The position numbers and the translations under genes were made by a program. Shown one piece after another: positions 17,785 through 26,257 of a stretch of 64,000 nt of DNA. Source of the stretch: a bacterium (GTDB lineage Bacteria > Myxococcota_A > UBA9160 > UBA4427). Position 1 is the first letter of the stretch; the number at the start of each line of letters is the position of its first letter. A model generated the notes under the pieces. That model saw only the letters and a list, made by a program, of their open reading frames with translations, did not search any database and was not told where the DNA came from. The DNA is taken from positions 117-64,116 of the forward strand of contig JANOFF010000155.1 in assembly GCA_031413515.1 (NCBI GenBank), written 5' to 3'.

Positions 17785-19722
17785 TCAGTGGTGCTTTGTG
17801 TGCCGGCTCGAAGTCTTCGAATGCGAGTGCCCGCCGGGCTGCACGATGGGCGGAGGCGGCGACAGTCGCAGCGCGGCCGTGTGGAGATTCCGGATCCGAT
17901 GCTTGCCCGCGGCCAACTTCACCTGCGAGTTCGCGGTGCGGAAGCCCTCGGGCACCTCGGCCTCGATGCGATATCGCCCGATCGGCAGATTCTCGGCGAG
18001 GTAGCGGCCGGTCGAATCGGTGGGCACGATGACCTCGATGCCGGCCGAGGATCGCTTGCCGATGCTCTTCACGAACACCCGCGCATCGGCCAATGGAACA
18101 CGACCCCGTGTCATCAGCCGACCCGAAAGCATCGAACTCCCCGCTCGCCTGGCTCGCGGATCTGGCTCGGGGCGGCCGATCAGCGCCGGCAGGTGGGAGC
18201 CGGTCGGGCCGACCGGCAGCGAGACGCTGGCGGTCGAGATCAGCGACGAAAGCCCCGCGTCCGCCACGATCTGATATTCGCCGTGCGGCAGATTCTGGAA
18301 CCTGAACTCGCCGTTCGCGCCGGTCCGGACCGAGAGTCCGCCCGCCGGCCCGTCCAGGCTCAGCGAAGATCCGACGATCGGATCTCCCTGCTCGTCGATC
18401 AGTCGTCCGCTGATCTCGAGTCGCGGCGGCGGCGTGACGATGGCGATTTGCCACGCGGCGACATCCGCACGAAAGCCCGGCAGCAGATCGGATCGAACGC
18501 TTGCCAGATCGTGCTCTTCGAACGGATCCACGGCGATCTCGTAGAGTTCTTCGTGTCCGTCTTCGAATGCCATGTAGCGCCAGCGCGGAGTGCGAACCCA
18601 GTAGCCGCGGTACTCGCTGGAGACTCCTCGAAAATAGCTCACATAGCGAGCGCGATCGGCCGGTACGCCGTGCTCGATCGCGGCGCGCAAGCTCGAACCC
18701 GGGCGATCCGGCAGTGGCTCGGCACCCGCATAGTCGAGGATCGTCGAGAACAGATCCTCGGCCGAGACGAGATCCCCGCGCACGGCGCCTTCTGGAACGT
18801 GCCCCGGCCAGTGGAAGACGATCGGCGTGCGGGTCCCGAGTTCGTGCAGGCTTCCCTTGCCATGGCCGAAGTCGCCGAAGAAACCCTGACCGAGCTCCCA
18901 TCCATTGTCCGACAGATAGATGATGAGCGTGTCTTCCCGCAGCCCGCGCTCGTCGAGCTCGCGCAGCAGCTCGCCGATCACCGCATCGAGGCGAGTGAGC
19001 TGCGCGTAGTAGACGATCTCCGGGAGAGTGAGCCCGCGATCCAGATAGCGAGCGATGAACTCGGGCGGCGGATCGAACGGGACGTGGGGCAGCATCGGCG
19101 CGAACCAGAGAAAGAACGGTTCGCCATCGACTTCATCGAGGAACTCGCGCATCGGGTCCAGGGCCGGGCAGGGAGCGTCGGAGAGCCGCGTCTCGCCGCA
19201 GCGGGCGGCATCCCAGCCGTCGCGGCCGAAATAGTCGCCTTCCACAGCGAACGGGCCGAGAGGGCGCGTATTCGCCATGCCGTGGGTGAAGCCGGCTTGC
19301 GCGAACGTGCCCTCCCACATCTTGCCGCCCTCCCATGAGCGGTAGCCGCGTCGTTCGAGTTCGCCTGGCAGGGTGCGGAAGTGGACGACCTCTTCACGGA
19401 ACGGAATCGGACCGGAGCGCGCCACCACCGCCGCTTGCGTGGCGAGCCATTGGCTCGGATGCAGACCGGTGAGCAGCGTCTGCAACGTGGGCCGACAGAT
19501 GGGCGCCGGAAGCTGCGCGTTCGTGAACACGGTGCCGGCTTCGGCGAGCCGATCGAGGGTCGGCGTCTCGATCGCGTCGTGGCCCATGAAGCCCGAGTCG
19601 GGCCAGCCGTGATCGTCGCCGATCACGAGCACGATGTTCTTCGGCCGCTCCGACCAGGCGGGTCCGGCCAGCGCGCAGAACGAGAGCAGGACGAACCAGC
19701 AGGACGCGAGCCGCAAGAACAT
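17785..19722 (-). CDS. exported sulfatase-family (alkaline-phosphatase superfamily) enzyme with two C-terminal CarboxypepD_reg-like beta-sandwich domains
   Basis: Start at MFLRLASCWFVLLSFCALAGPAWS (cat 19720-19722). NIVLVIGDDHGW metal site. Nucleophile region PICRPTLQTLLTG. Two tail repeats of the GRL...G.Y.I type. Confidence 0.85.
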   Translation of the reverse strand: MFLRLASCWFVLLSFCALAGPAWSERPKNIVLVIGDDHGWPDSGFMGHDAIETPTLDRLAEAGTVFTNAQLPAPICRPTLQTLLTGLHPSQWLATQAAVVARSGPIPFREEVVHFRTLPGELERRGYRSWEGGKMWEGTFAQAGFTHGMANTRPLGPFAVEGDYFGRDGWDAARCGETRLSDAPCPALDPMREFLDEVDGEPFFLWFAPMLPHVPFDPPPEFIARYLDRGLTLPEIVYYAQLTRLDAVIGELLRELDERGLREDTLIIYLSDNGWELGQGFFGDFGHGKGSLHELGTRTPIVFHWPGHVPEGAVRGDLVSAEDLFSTILDYAGAEPLPDRPGSSLRAAIEHGVPADRARYVSYFRGVSSEYRGYWVRTPRWRYMAFEDGHEELYEIAVDPFEEHDLASVRSDLLPGFRADVAAWQIAIVTPPPRLEISGRLIDEQGDPIVGSSLSLDGPAGGLSVRTGANGEFRFQNLPHGEYQIVADAGLSSLISTASVSLPVGPTGSHLPALIGRPEPDPRARRAGSSMLSGRLMTRGRVPLADARVFVKSIGKRSSAGIEVIVPTDSTGRYLAENLPIGRYRIEAEVPEGFRTANSQVKLAAGKHRIRNLHTAALRLSPPPPIVQPGGHSHSKTSSRHTKHH

Positions 19723-19868
19723 CGACGAGGATCCTCGAGCCGGGGCGAGCGTTCGACGCCACCGGAGCCGAGCGATCCTATCACGGCGCGAATGGCGGGA
19801 GCGAGCGAAGACAGCCCCGGGGATCGCCTGCTCGATCGGACTGGCCGTTCCGCCAGCCGGCGAGTCCA

Positions 19869-20837
19869 CTAGGACGGAGCAACCGCCAATGCCTGCAACC
19901 CCGCCGCGATGGTCACGACCGGCGCATAGCCGAGTTCGCGGCGCGCTTTCTCGTCGCGCAGAATGCAATCACAGCAGAGCAGATCGACGGCATGTCGCGT
20001 GAGGGGAGGGCGGCCCTTCAGATGCAGAGCGCGCCAGGTGTTCTCGATCAGCGCAGCAACCGGTCGGACCAGCCAGCTCGGCACGGAACGATCGGGCAGC
20101 GCGACTCCGTACGCGGCCATCAACGGAACGAGGAAGCTCTTGAAGTCGGTCGTCGGGCCATCGGTCACGAAGTAGATCTCGCCCCCGCGCCCCCTCTCGA
20201 GGGCCAGCACGACGCCGTGCACGAGATTGTCGATGTGGGTCGTGGATGTGACGGCGCGGCCGCCGTCGAGCCACACGAATGCACCTTTCTCGACCATCGC
20301 GCGAGCTTCGGGAACGATCGTCTGATCCCCCGGTCCCCACACGAAGCGCGGTCGCACGACGATGGTTTCGAACTCGGTCATGCAGTTCGCGGCGATCACG
20401 CGCCGCTCGGCCTCTGCCTTTGTCTCGGCATACAGGTACGGGGTCGAGTCCGGATAGGGGTGCGTCTCGTCGATGTTGCGCAGGTGCTGTCCGCGCCAGA
20501 GCACCGCCTCGGTGCTGATGTGGACGAAGCGTCGCGCGCCGGCTGCCCGCGCCGCGCCGAGCACGCGATCGGTTCCGTCGACGTTTGCCTGCCAGTAGTC
20601 GTCGCGCGTCCCCCAGGCCTCGACGTACGCCGCACAGTGGATCACGGCATCGCAGCCGGGAAGATCGCCCGGCGCGAGGCTCAGCAGATCTCCTCGCACG
20701 GGAGTTCCGCCGCGACGGCGGATCGCCTCATCGCTCCTGCTCGAGCGCGACAGGCCGAGAACGGCATGCTGGCCGGCCAGTCGGCCCATGATGGCGCCGC
20801 CGACGAACCCCGACGCTCCAGTGACGAGTATGCGCAT
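19869..20837 (-). CDS. NAD-dependent epimerase/dehydratase (3-beta-HSD-like) family protein
   Basis: MRILVTGASGFVGGAI Rossmann start (cat 20835-20837). YAETK catalytic Tyr/Lys. Confidence 0.85.
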   Translation of the reverse strand: MRILVTGASGFVGGAIMGRLAGQHAVLGLSRSSRSDEAIRRRGGTPVRGDLLSLAPGDLPGCDAVIHCAAYVEAWGTRDDYWQANVDGTDRVLGAARAAGARRFVHISTEAVLWRGQHLRNIDETHPYPDSTPYLYAETKAEAERRVIAANCMTEFETIVVRPRFVWGPGDQTIVPEARAMVEKGAFVWLDGGRAVTSTTHIDNLVHGVVLALERGRGGEIYFVTDGPTTDFKSFLVPLMAAYGVALPDRSVPSWLVRPVAALIENTWRALHLKGRPPLTRHAVDLLCCDCILRDEKARRELGYAPVVTIAAGLQALAVAPS

Positions 20838-20881
20838 CGATCGATCTTCTCTCTGCCCTCTGCTCACCGCTTGCCGCGATC

Positions 20882-21739
20882 TCAGAAGTCGAGCTGCTTC
20901 GGCGGCCGGATCACGATGTCGGCGATGTTGACGTTCGTCGGTTGCGTGACCGCGTACAGGATCGCGTTCGCGACATCTGCCGGGTCGCCGAGCAGATTAC
21001 CGAGGTCACCCGACAACTTCTCGAACACCTCGTCGGGCAGCCGCTCCCCGGGCTTCACCTGCACGTCGAGCCCCGCCATCTTGACGAAGCCCTGCACAAA
21101 GGCCGGATCGAAGTTGCGTGCGAAGTTCGTTGCGATCGCGCCCGGCATCACGTTGATCACGCCGATCGTGTCGTCTTCGAGTTCCTTGCGGAGCGTGCCC
21201 GAGATCGAGTTGACGGCATGCTTGGTGGCGCCATACACGCCCGAGTCACGACGTTGTGCGGCGATCGATGAGATGTTGACGATGTGCCCCTCGGCCTTGC
21301 ACGCTCGCATCGCCCGCACGGCGGCCTGACATCCCACCAGCAGGGCGAGCACGTTGGTCTCGAGCATGGTGCGCCACTCTTCGGGATCACCCGCGAGGAT
21401 CGCCGCGGGATACGACACACCGGCGTTGTTGACCATGATGTCGAGGCGTCCAGTCGCGGCGACTGCGGCGTCGACCAATGCATGCACCTCGGCGGGATCG
21501 CGCACGTCGGCGGTCAGACTCTCTGCCTTGCCCCCGCCCTCTCGGATCTTCTTGACGCTGTCCTGCATGGCCGCTGCGGTGCGTCCGCATAGAAACACAT
21601 GGGCGCCGGCTGCGCCCAGGGTTTCGGCGATCGCGCGGCCGATGCCGCTGGATGCACCGGTGACGATCGCGGTGCGACCGGAGAGCGGAGTGCGACCGGA
21701 GAGCGGAGTGCGACCGGAAAGCGTATCGGACTTCGTCAT
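20882..21739 (-). CDS. short-chain dehydrogenase/reductase (SDR)
   Basis: TGASSGIGRAIA cofactor motif, NNAG, and the Y-x3-K (YGATK) catalytic motif. The N-terminus carries a triplicated LSGRTP hexapeptide. Confidence 0.9.
   Translation of the reverse strand: MTKSDTLSGRTPLSGRTPLSGRTAIVTGASSGIGRAIAETLGAAGAHVFLCGRTAAAMQDSVKKIREGGGKAESLTADVRDPAEVHALVDAAVAATGRLDIMVNNAGVSYPAAILAGDPEEWRTMLETNVLALLVGCQAAVRAMRACKAEGHIVNISSIAAQRRDSGVYGATKHAVNSISGTLRKELEDDTIGVINVMPGAIATNFARNFDPAFVQGFVKMAGLDVQVKPGERLPDEVFEKLSGDLGNLLGDPADVANAILYAVTQPTNVNIADIVIRPPKQLDF
21673..21726. repeat. 18-bp tandem repeat x3 inside the SDR 5' end
   Basis: GTGCGACCGGAGAGCGGA at 21673-21690 and 21691-21708 (identical), then 21709-21726 with 2 mismatches. 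Encodes LSGRTP x3 on the minus strand. Confidence 0.9.
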
Positions 21740-22008
21740 GACTGATCTCCTTGTCGGATCTCACGAATCCGACCGAGTTCGGGATGAGCAATCTGAGTAT
21801 GGATCGACGGATCTGTCAAGCTTCGACCCCGACCTCAGCGAAGAGCCCGACTCCGGATTTCATGGTGATCCGTCCGCCCCTCTGCCCCATCTGGTGGTAC
21901 GATCCGCCTGCGCGCGGTCCCGATCCGACGCACTCGAATGTATGGACCGACGGATTTCCAGCCCAGCAGGATCCCCATCCATTAATCCGCATCGAAGGGA
22001 GACACCCG

Positions 22009-22407
22009 ATGACTCGCCCGTCGCGATCGCTTGCTCTGCTCGTCCCGATGGTTCTCGCTCTGTTCCTGTTCGCGGGCTGCGCGTCCAAGGACGCTGCTCC
22101 GGCCGGCTCGCCGGCGAAGGCCAGTGAAGAGGCCTACCCGGCCGGCTATTCGGCGCCGCCGCCGAGTGCCCGGATCGCCGGCGTCAAGCTCGACATGAAC
22201 GACATCGATGTGCGCAAGATCATGGGCGAGCCCGACAATGCGAACGCCTACATGACCGGCAAGGCCTGGATCCCGTTCTACTACGGACCCGACACCGCCC
22301 GAACCGACTGGATGTACAAGGGACAGGGCCGCGTGGTTTTCTCGCGCAACCGCTACTCGGGCGGACTCAAGGTGATCCGCGTCCTGTACAACCCGAACGA
22401 GCAGTAG
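22009..22407 (+). CDS. lipoprotein (BamE/SmpA_OmlA-like fold possible)
   Basis: ATG 22009 is preceded by AAGGGAG. Lipobox LFAGC. VKLDMNDIDVRKIMGEPD resembles the SmpA/OmlA motif. Confidence 0.7.
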   Translation: MTRPSRSLALLVPMVLALFLFAGCASKDAAPAGSPAKASEEAYPAGYSAPPPSARIAGVKLDMNDIDVRKIMGEPDNANAYMTGKAWIPFYYGPDTARTDWMYKGQGRVVFSRNRYSGGLKVIRVLYNPNEQ

Positions 22408-22436
22408 TCGCGCCGCATCGGTTCCGCTGCTTCGCG

Positions 22437-22853
22437 CTAGCCGACCACCCGTTTGCGGATCGCTTCGGGTGTGCGGATCAGCAGTCGCCCCTCCGCGTCG
22501 GTCGAGACCAGCACCGTGTGTCCGCGCGCGCTGCGCCGGTCGTGGTCGATGCTCGTGATCTCGTAGTCGAGGCACAGGCGGTTCTCGAAATCGCGGAGCC
22601 AGGCAGATACCTCGAACCGCTCGCCGTACGCGAGAGGGTGGATGTGTCGGCAGCTGGTCTCCGTGATCAGGAACCTGTAGCGGGTCCCGATCAGTTCGCC
22701 GGCGTCGAGCCCGATGGCTCGCAGAAGACGCGTGCGCGCGATCTCGAAGTACTTGAAGTAGTGCCCGTGCCACACGACTCCGAGCTGATCGACGTCGTGG
22801 AACGGCACTTCGAGCGCGACGCGCACTTCGTGCAGTCGGAGGGTCTCGCTCAT
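22437..22853 (-). CDS. 4HBT/YbgC-type hot-dog acyl-CoA/acyl-ACP thioesterase (ApeK-like)
   Basis: 138 aa. VPFHDVDQLGVVWHGHYFKYFE is the typical 4HBT catalytic-Asp block. ATGA overlap with the ammonia-lyase stop. Confidence 0.85.
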   Translation of the reverse strand: MSETLRLHEVRVALEVPFHDVDQLGVVWHGHYFKYFEIARTRLLRAIGLDAGELIGTRYRFLITETSCRHIHPLAYGERFEVSAWLRDFENRLCLDYEITSIDHDRRSARGHTVLVSTDAEGRLLIRTPEAIRKRVVG

Positions 22854-24421
22854 GCGCGCCGTGGCTCCGAGGCGAGCGAGCTGAACAGGGCGTCACCCCT
22901 TCCTGTCCCCGGCAGCCGACCCTGTCGATGCAGCGACACTGCGGTCCGGATGTCGAGATCCTGCCGACGATCGACGTCGACCATCGGGATCTCGGCCCGT
23001 ACCCGAGCGTGCACGGCCTGCGTGGACGCGCTGAAATCGGCCAGATCGCGGAGATCGACGGCCTGACAGACCGCGAGCAGCAGGATCGCGGCGACGCTCT
23101 CGCTCAGTTCGAGGATCCGCAGGCAGTCGCGGGCCGCGATCGTCCCCATGCTGACCTTGTCCTGATTGTGGGATTCGGTGCTGCGGCTGAACGCGCTCGC
23201 GGGCATGGTCAGCTTCAGGGCCTCCGCGGTCAGCGCCGAAGCGCTGATCTGCATCGCTTTGAAGCCGTGGTGGATCAGTCCCTCCACACCCTTGGCCGCG
23301 ACGAGGTTCTCGGGCAATCCGTCACTGGTTTCGCCACTGCAGAGCAACACGAGCTGTCGGTCGAGCAGATCGGCGACGTTGGCGACGGCGGTCTTGAGCC
23401 CGTCCATCACGAAGCAGACGTGTCCGCCATAGAAGTTCCCGCCGTGCAGCACACGACCCGACTCGGGGTCGATCAACGGATTGTCGTTGACGCCGTTCAG
23501 CTCGGTGGTGAGGATGACGCGGGAGAATTCGAGCGCGTCGACGAGGACGCCGATCACATGCGGCGCGCAGCGGATCGAATAGCGGTCCTGGATCCGCGCG
23601 CTCTTCTGCGATCGATCGTGGCCGAGGTGTTCGCGGATCCAGGTCGCGCAGGCGCGGGATCCCGGATGCGGTTTCAGGGCGAAGATCCGATCGTCGAAGT
23701 GCTCGGGATTGCCATGGATGGCTTCGCTCGTCATGGCGGTCAGCGTCGAGGCGAGCGCCGCCAGGGCGCGGGCCCGCGCGAACGCGAGGCAGGCCAGGCC
23801 CGTCATCATGCTGGTGCCGTTCATGATGGCGAGACTCTCTTTCGGCTCGAGGATGAGTGGTCGAAGGCCGACCTTGGCGTGAGCGGCGGCCGCGCTCATC
23901 TCGTCTCCGCGCAAGGACACCTCGCGTTCGCCGACCAGAGTTGCGGCCAGATACGAGAGCGGGGTCAGGTCGCCGCTGGCACCGACCGATCCCTCGGCGG
24001 GGATGCGCGGCAGCAGTCGCAGATTGATCAATTCGCAGAGTCGTTCGAGCACGCACTCGCGTACGCCCGAATAGCCACGGGCCAGGGAAGCGAGGCGCGA
24101 AGCCACAACGGACACCGACTCCTCTTCGTCGAGGATCCGGCCGGTCCCGACACCGTGGAAACGGAGCAGATTCAGGGGCATGTCGGCGCGCAGGGCAGCG
24201 GGAATCTGGTTGCCCACCGAGGCACCGACGCCGGTCGTGACCCCGTAGATCTCGCGGCCCGACCGCTGAAACTCGGCGACCAGTCGGAGTGATTCGGCGA
24301 TCCGGCGACGGTACTGCGCGTCATCGGACAGCGAGGCCCGCCGCTCCTCCCGCGCCAATCCGACGACGTCCTCGATGGCGAGGTCGCCGTCCCCGAAGCG
24401 AACCTTCTCCACTTCTGCCAT
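22850..24421 (-). CDS. MIO-dependent aromatic amino-acid/histidine ammonia-lyase family enzyme
   Basis: 523 aa from MAEVEK (cat 24419-24421), within ORF 22850..25096. MIO tripeptide in GSVGASGDLTPLS. Also YGVTTGVG and NDNPL blocks. Confidence 0.9.
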   Translation of the reverse strand: MAEVEKVRFGDGDLAIEDVVGLAREERRASLSDDAQYRRRIAESLRLVAEFQRSGREIYGVTTGVGASVGNQIPAALRADMPLNLLRFHGVGTGRILDEEESVSVVASRLASLARGYSGVRECVLERLCELINLRLLPRIPAEGSVGASGDLTPLSYLAATLVGEREVSLRGDEMSAAAAHAKVGLRPLILEPKESLAIMNGTSMMTGLACLAFARARALAALASTLTAMTSEAIHGNPEHFDDRIFALKPHPGSRACATWIREHLGHDRSQKSARIQDRYSIRCAPHVIGVLVDALEFSRVILTTELNGVNDNPLIDPESGRVLHGGNFYGGHVCFVMDGLKTAVANVADLLDRQLVLLCSGETSDGLPENLVAAKGVEGLIHHGFKAMQISASALTAEALKLTMPASAFSRSTESHNQDKVSMGTIAARDCLRILELSESVAAILLLAVCQAVDLRDLADFSASTQAVHARVRAEIPMVDVDRRQDLDIRTAVSLHRQGRLPGTGRGDALFSSLASEPRRA

Positions 24422-24895
24422 CCCGAGGCGGGACGAAGAACGTCCGCGCTGTTTCGCGCGCCAGCCATCGCACGCGGTGATTGATGCCAACGATTCGGTC
24501 GGTCCCAGGACACGACCCGACGGGGCGAAGCACTTCGCCCAGCAGAGTGCCGATCGTGCGGTCCCGATCGTCTGGACCGGCCGGCGAGTATAAGAGGCAC
24601 ACGGGTCGCAGGCATCCGAGCGAGTGGACGTGTCCCGCACGAGCGGATCCATGCGTGGGCGAAGGTGCCATATCCGTTCGATGCGGCTTCGACGCTGGCA
24701 GAGGGAGGCTCGTCGAGGCATGCTGGGCAGTGATCCGTCGCTCCTGGCGCTTTGGGGCTGGCGACCGGCCGGTTCCCACCGGTGACGAGCGGACGAAGGG
24801 CTGCAGGATCCTCGGTCGCGTGATCGGCAGAGGATCGAGCCTGTCGGCGGACGGGACCCTCCATCGAAACGCAACGAAGCTACGCAGTCTTCACG

Positions 24896-25393
24896 ATGCC
24901 GGAGTCGCTCTTTCAGATGCCTGGATTTTCCCGTCGATCCCGTTTTCCCGTGTCCGTGCGGTCCCGACAGAGACTTTCGTGGCTGGCCTCGATTTCGGCC
25001 GCCGTGATGCTCTGCGGAGTGGTCCCGTTCCAGGCCGCTCGGGCGGGTGAGTCCGAGGCCGTCTGCACCGCCAAACCATTCGTCGTGAAGATCCATGCCG
25101 ACTGGTGTGCGACCTGCCGCAAGGTCGATGCAGTCTGGACCCGCCTGGGAACCGAGATGGCCGAACAGGTGAACATCGTCGAGCTGGACGTGTCGGATCG
25201 CGTGGCCTTCGAGGAGTCGAAAGCCACGGCGGATCGGCTCGGGCTCGGCAGCTTCTTCAGCGAATACCGCAGTCGGACGGGCACGATCGCTGTTCTCGAC
25301 TGCAAGTCGCGCGAACCGGTGGCGATCATGAGCGGTGAGGTGGATCTCTCGAAATATCTCGATGCCATCTCGAAAGCGAGTCGCCCGTCTTGA
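24896..25393 (+). CDS. exported thioredoxin-fold protein (WCATC active site)
   Basis: 165 aa. Signal/anchor SWLASISAAVMLCGVVPFQAARA. KIHADWCATCRK is a thioredoxin-type CxxC motif. Confidence 0.75.
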   Translation: MPESLFQMPGFSRRSRFPVSVRSRQRLSWLASISAAVMLCGVVPFQAARAGESEAVCTAKPFVVKIHADWCATCRKVDAVWTRLGTEMAEQVNIVELDVSDRVAFEESKATADRLGLGSFFSEYRSRTGTIAVLDCKSREPVAIMSGEVDLSKYLDAISKASRPS

Positions 25394-26226
25394 ACGCCTG
25401 CGCGTCCGGCCCTGCGGATCCGGGCGAGGTCGATGCTCGCCTGTGGGCTCATCCCGCCTTCCTGGCGACGCTGGTCGTCTCCTCGATCGTGGTCGTCTCG
25501 ATGGCGTACTGGCAGGACACGATCGAATCCGCGCTGTTCGACTTCGAATGGTCGCTCAGCAGCCTGCTTCCACCGGAGCGATTCGAGCGCGTGGGACTGC
25601 TGCTGCTCCCGGCGCTGGGCTTCGGATCCGGTCTGCTCGCCAGCGTCTCTCCCTGCATCCTGCCGCTGGTCCCGCTGAACGTCGCGTACATCGGGGCATC
25701 GGGGAGCAGTGGTCTCCGGTCGATCGGGCTTTCGATCCGTTTCGTGCTCGGTTCGGCGTTGGCGCTCTCGGTGCTCGGTCTGTTCGGTGATCTGGCCGGT
25801 TTCCTGATGATCGACCATCGCGGCCCGATGCTGTTGATCGCCGGCGTCGCGATGTTGTACTTCGGTCTGGCGATCCTCGAAGTCGTTCCCGCGCCGACGC
25901 GGCACCTGCTCGGCTCGAGCCGTCGTGCACTCGGGCCGATCGGTGCCGGCGCGGCGTTCTCGCTGATCACGACGCCGTGCTCGAGCCCGCTGCTCGCCGC
26001 CCTGCTCACGATCTCCGCCGCGCAGGCGGTTGCCGGTTCGGGCGTCGTCGCCATGCTCTCGTTCTCGCTGGGCTACACGATGCTGGTGTTTCTCGGCGGT
26101 GTCTTCGGCGGCGGCCTGTTCGCGTGGGTCCGGCGCTTCGACCTGCAGGCACCGCGGGCGGCGGCGGCGGCATTGATGATCGCCTGCGGGCTCACGATCG
26201 GGTACTCGGGCGCCGGCTGGTTCTAG
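25390..26226 (+). CDS. ccdA: cytochrome c biogenesis CcdA/DsbD-type transmembrane thiol-disulfide electron transporter
   Basis: A TTG start overlaps the thioredoxin-like stop. SVSPCILPLVP and ITTPCSSPLL are the two conserved Cys-Pro helices of the family. Confidence 0.8.
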   Translation: MNACASGPADPGEVDARLWAHPAFLATLVVSSIVVVSMAYWQDTIESALFDFEWSLSSLLPPERFERVGLLLLPALGFGSGLLASVSPCILPLVPLNVAYIGASGSSGLRSIGLSIRFVLGSALALSVLGLFGDLAGFLMIDHRGPMLLIAGVAMLYFGLAILEVVPAPTRHLLGSSRRALGPIGAGAAFSLITTPCSSPLLAALLTISAAQAVAGSGVVAMLSFSLGYTMLVFLGGVFGGGLFAWVRRFDLQAPRAAAAALMIACGLTIGYSGAGWF

Positions 26227-26257
26227 CTCCGGGTGCGGCGCGGTGGACCGCAGCAGT

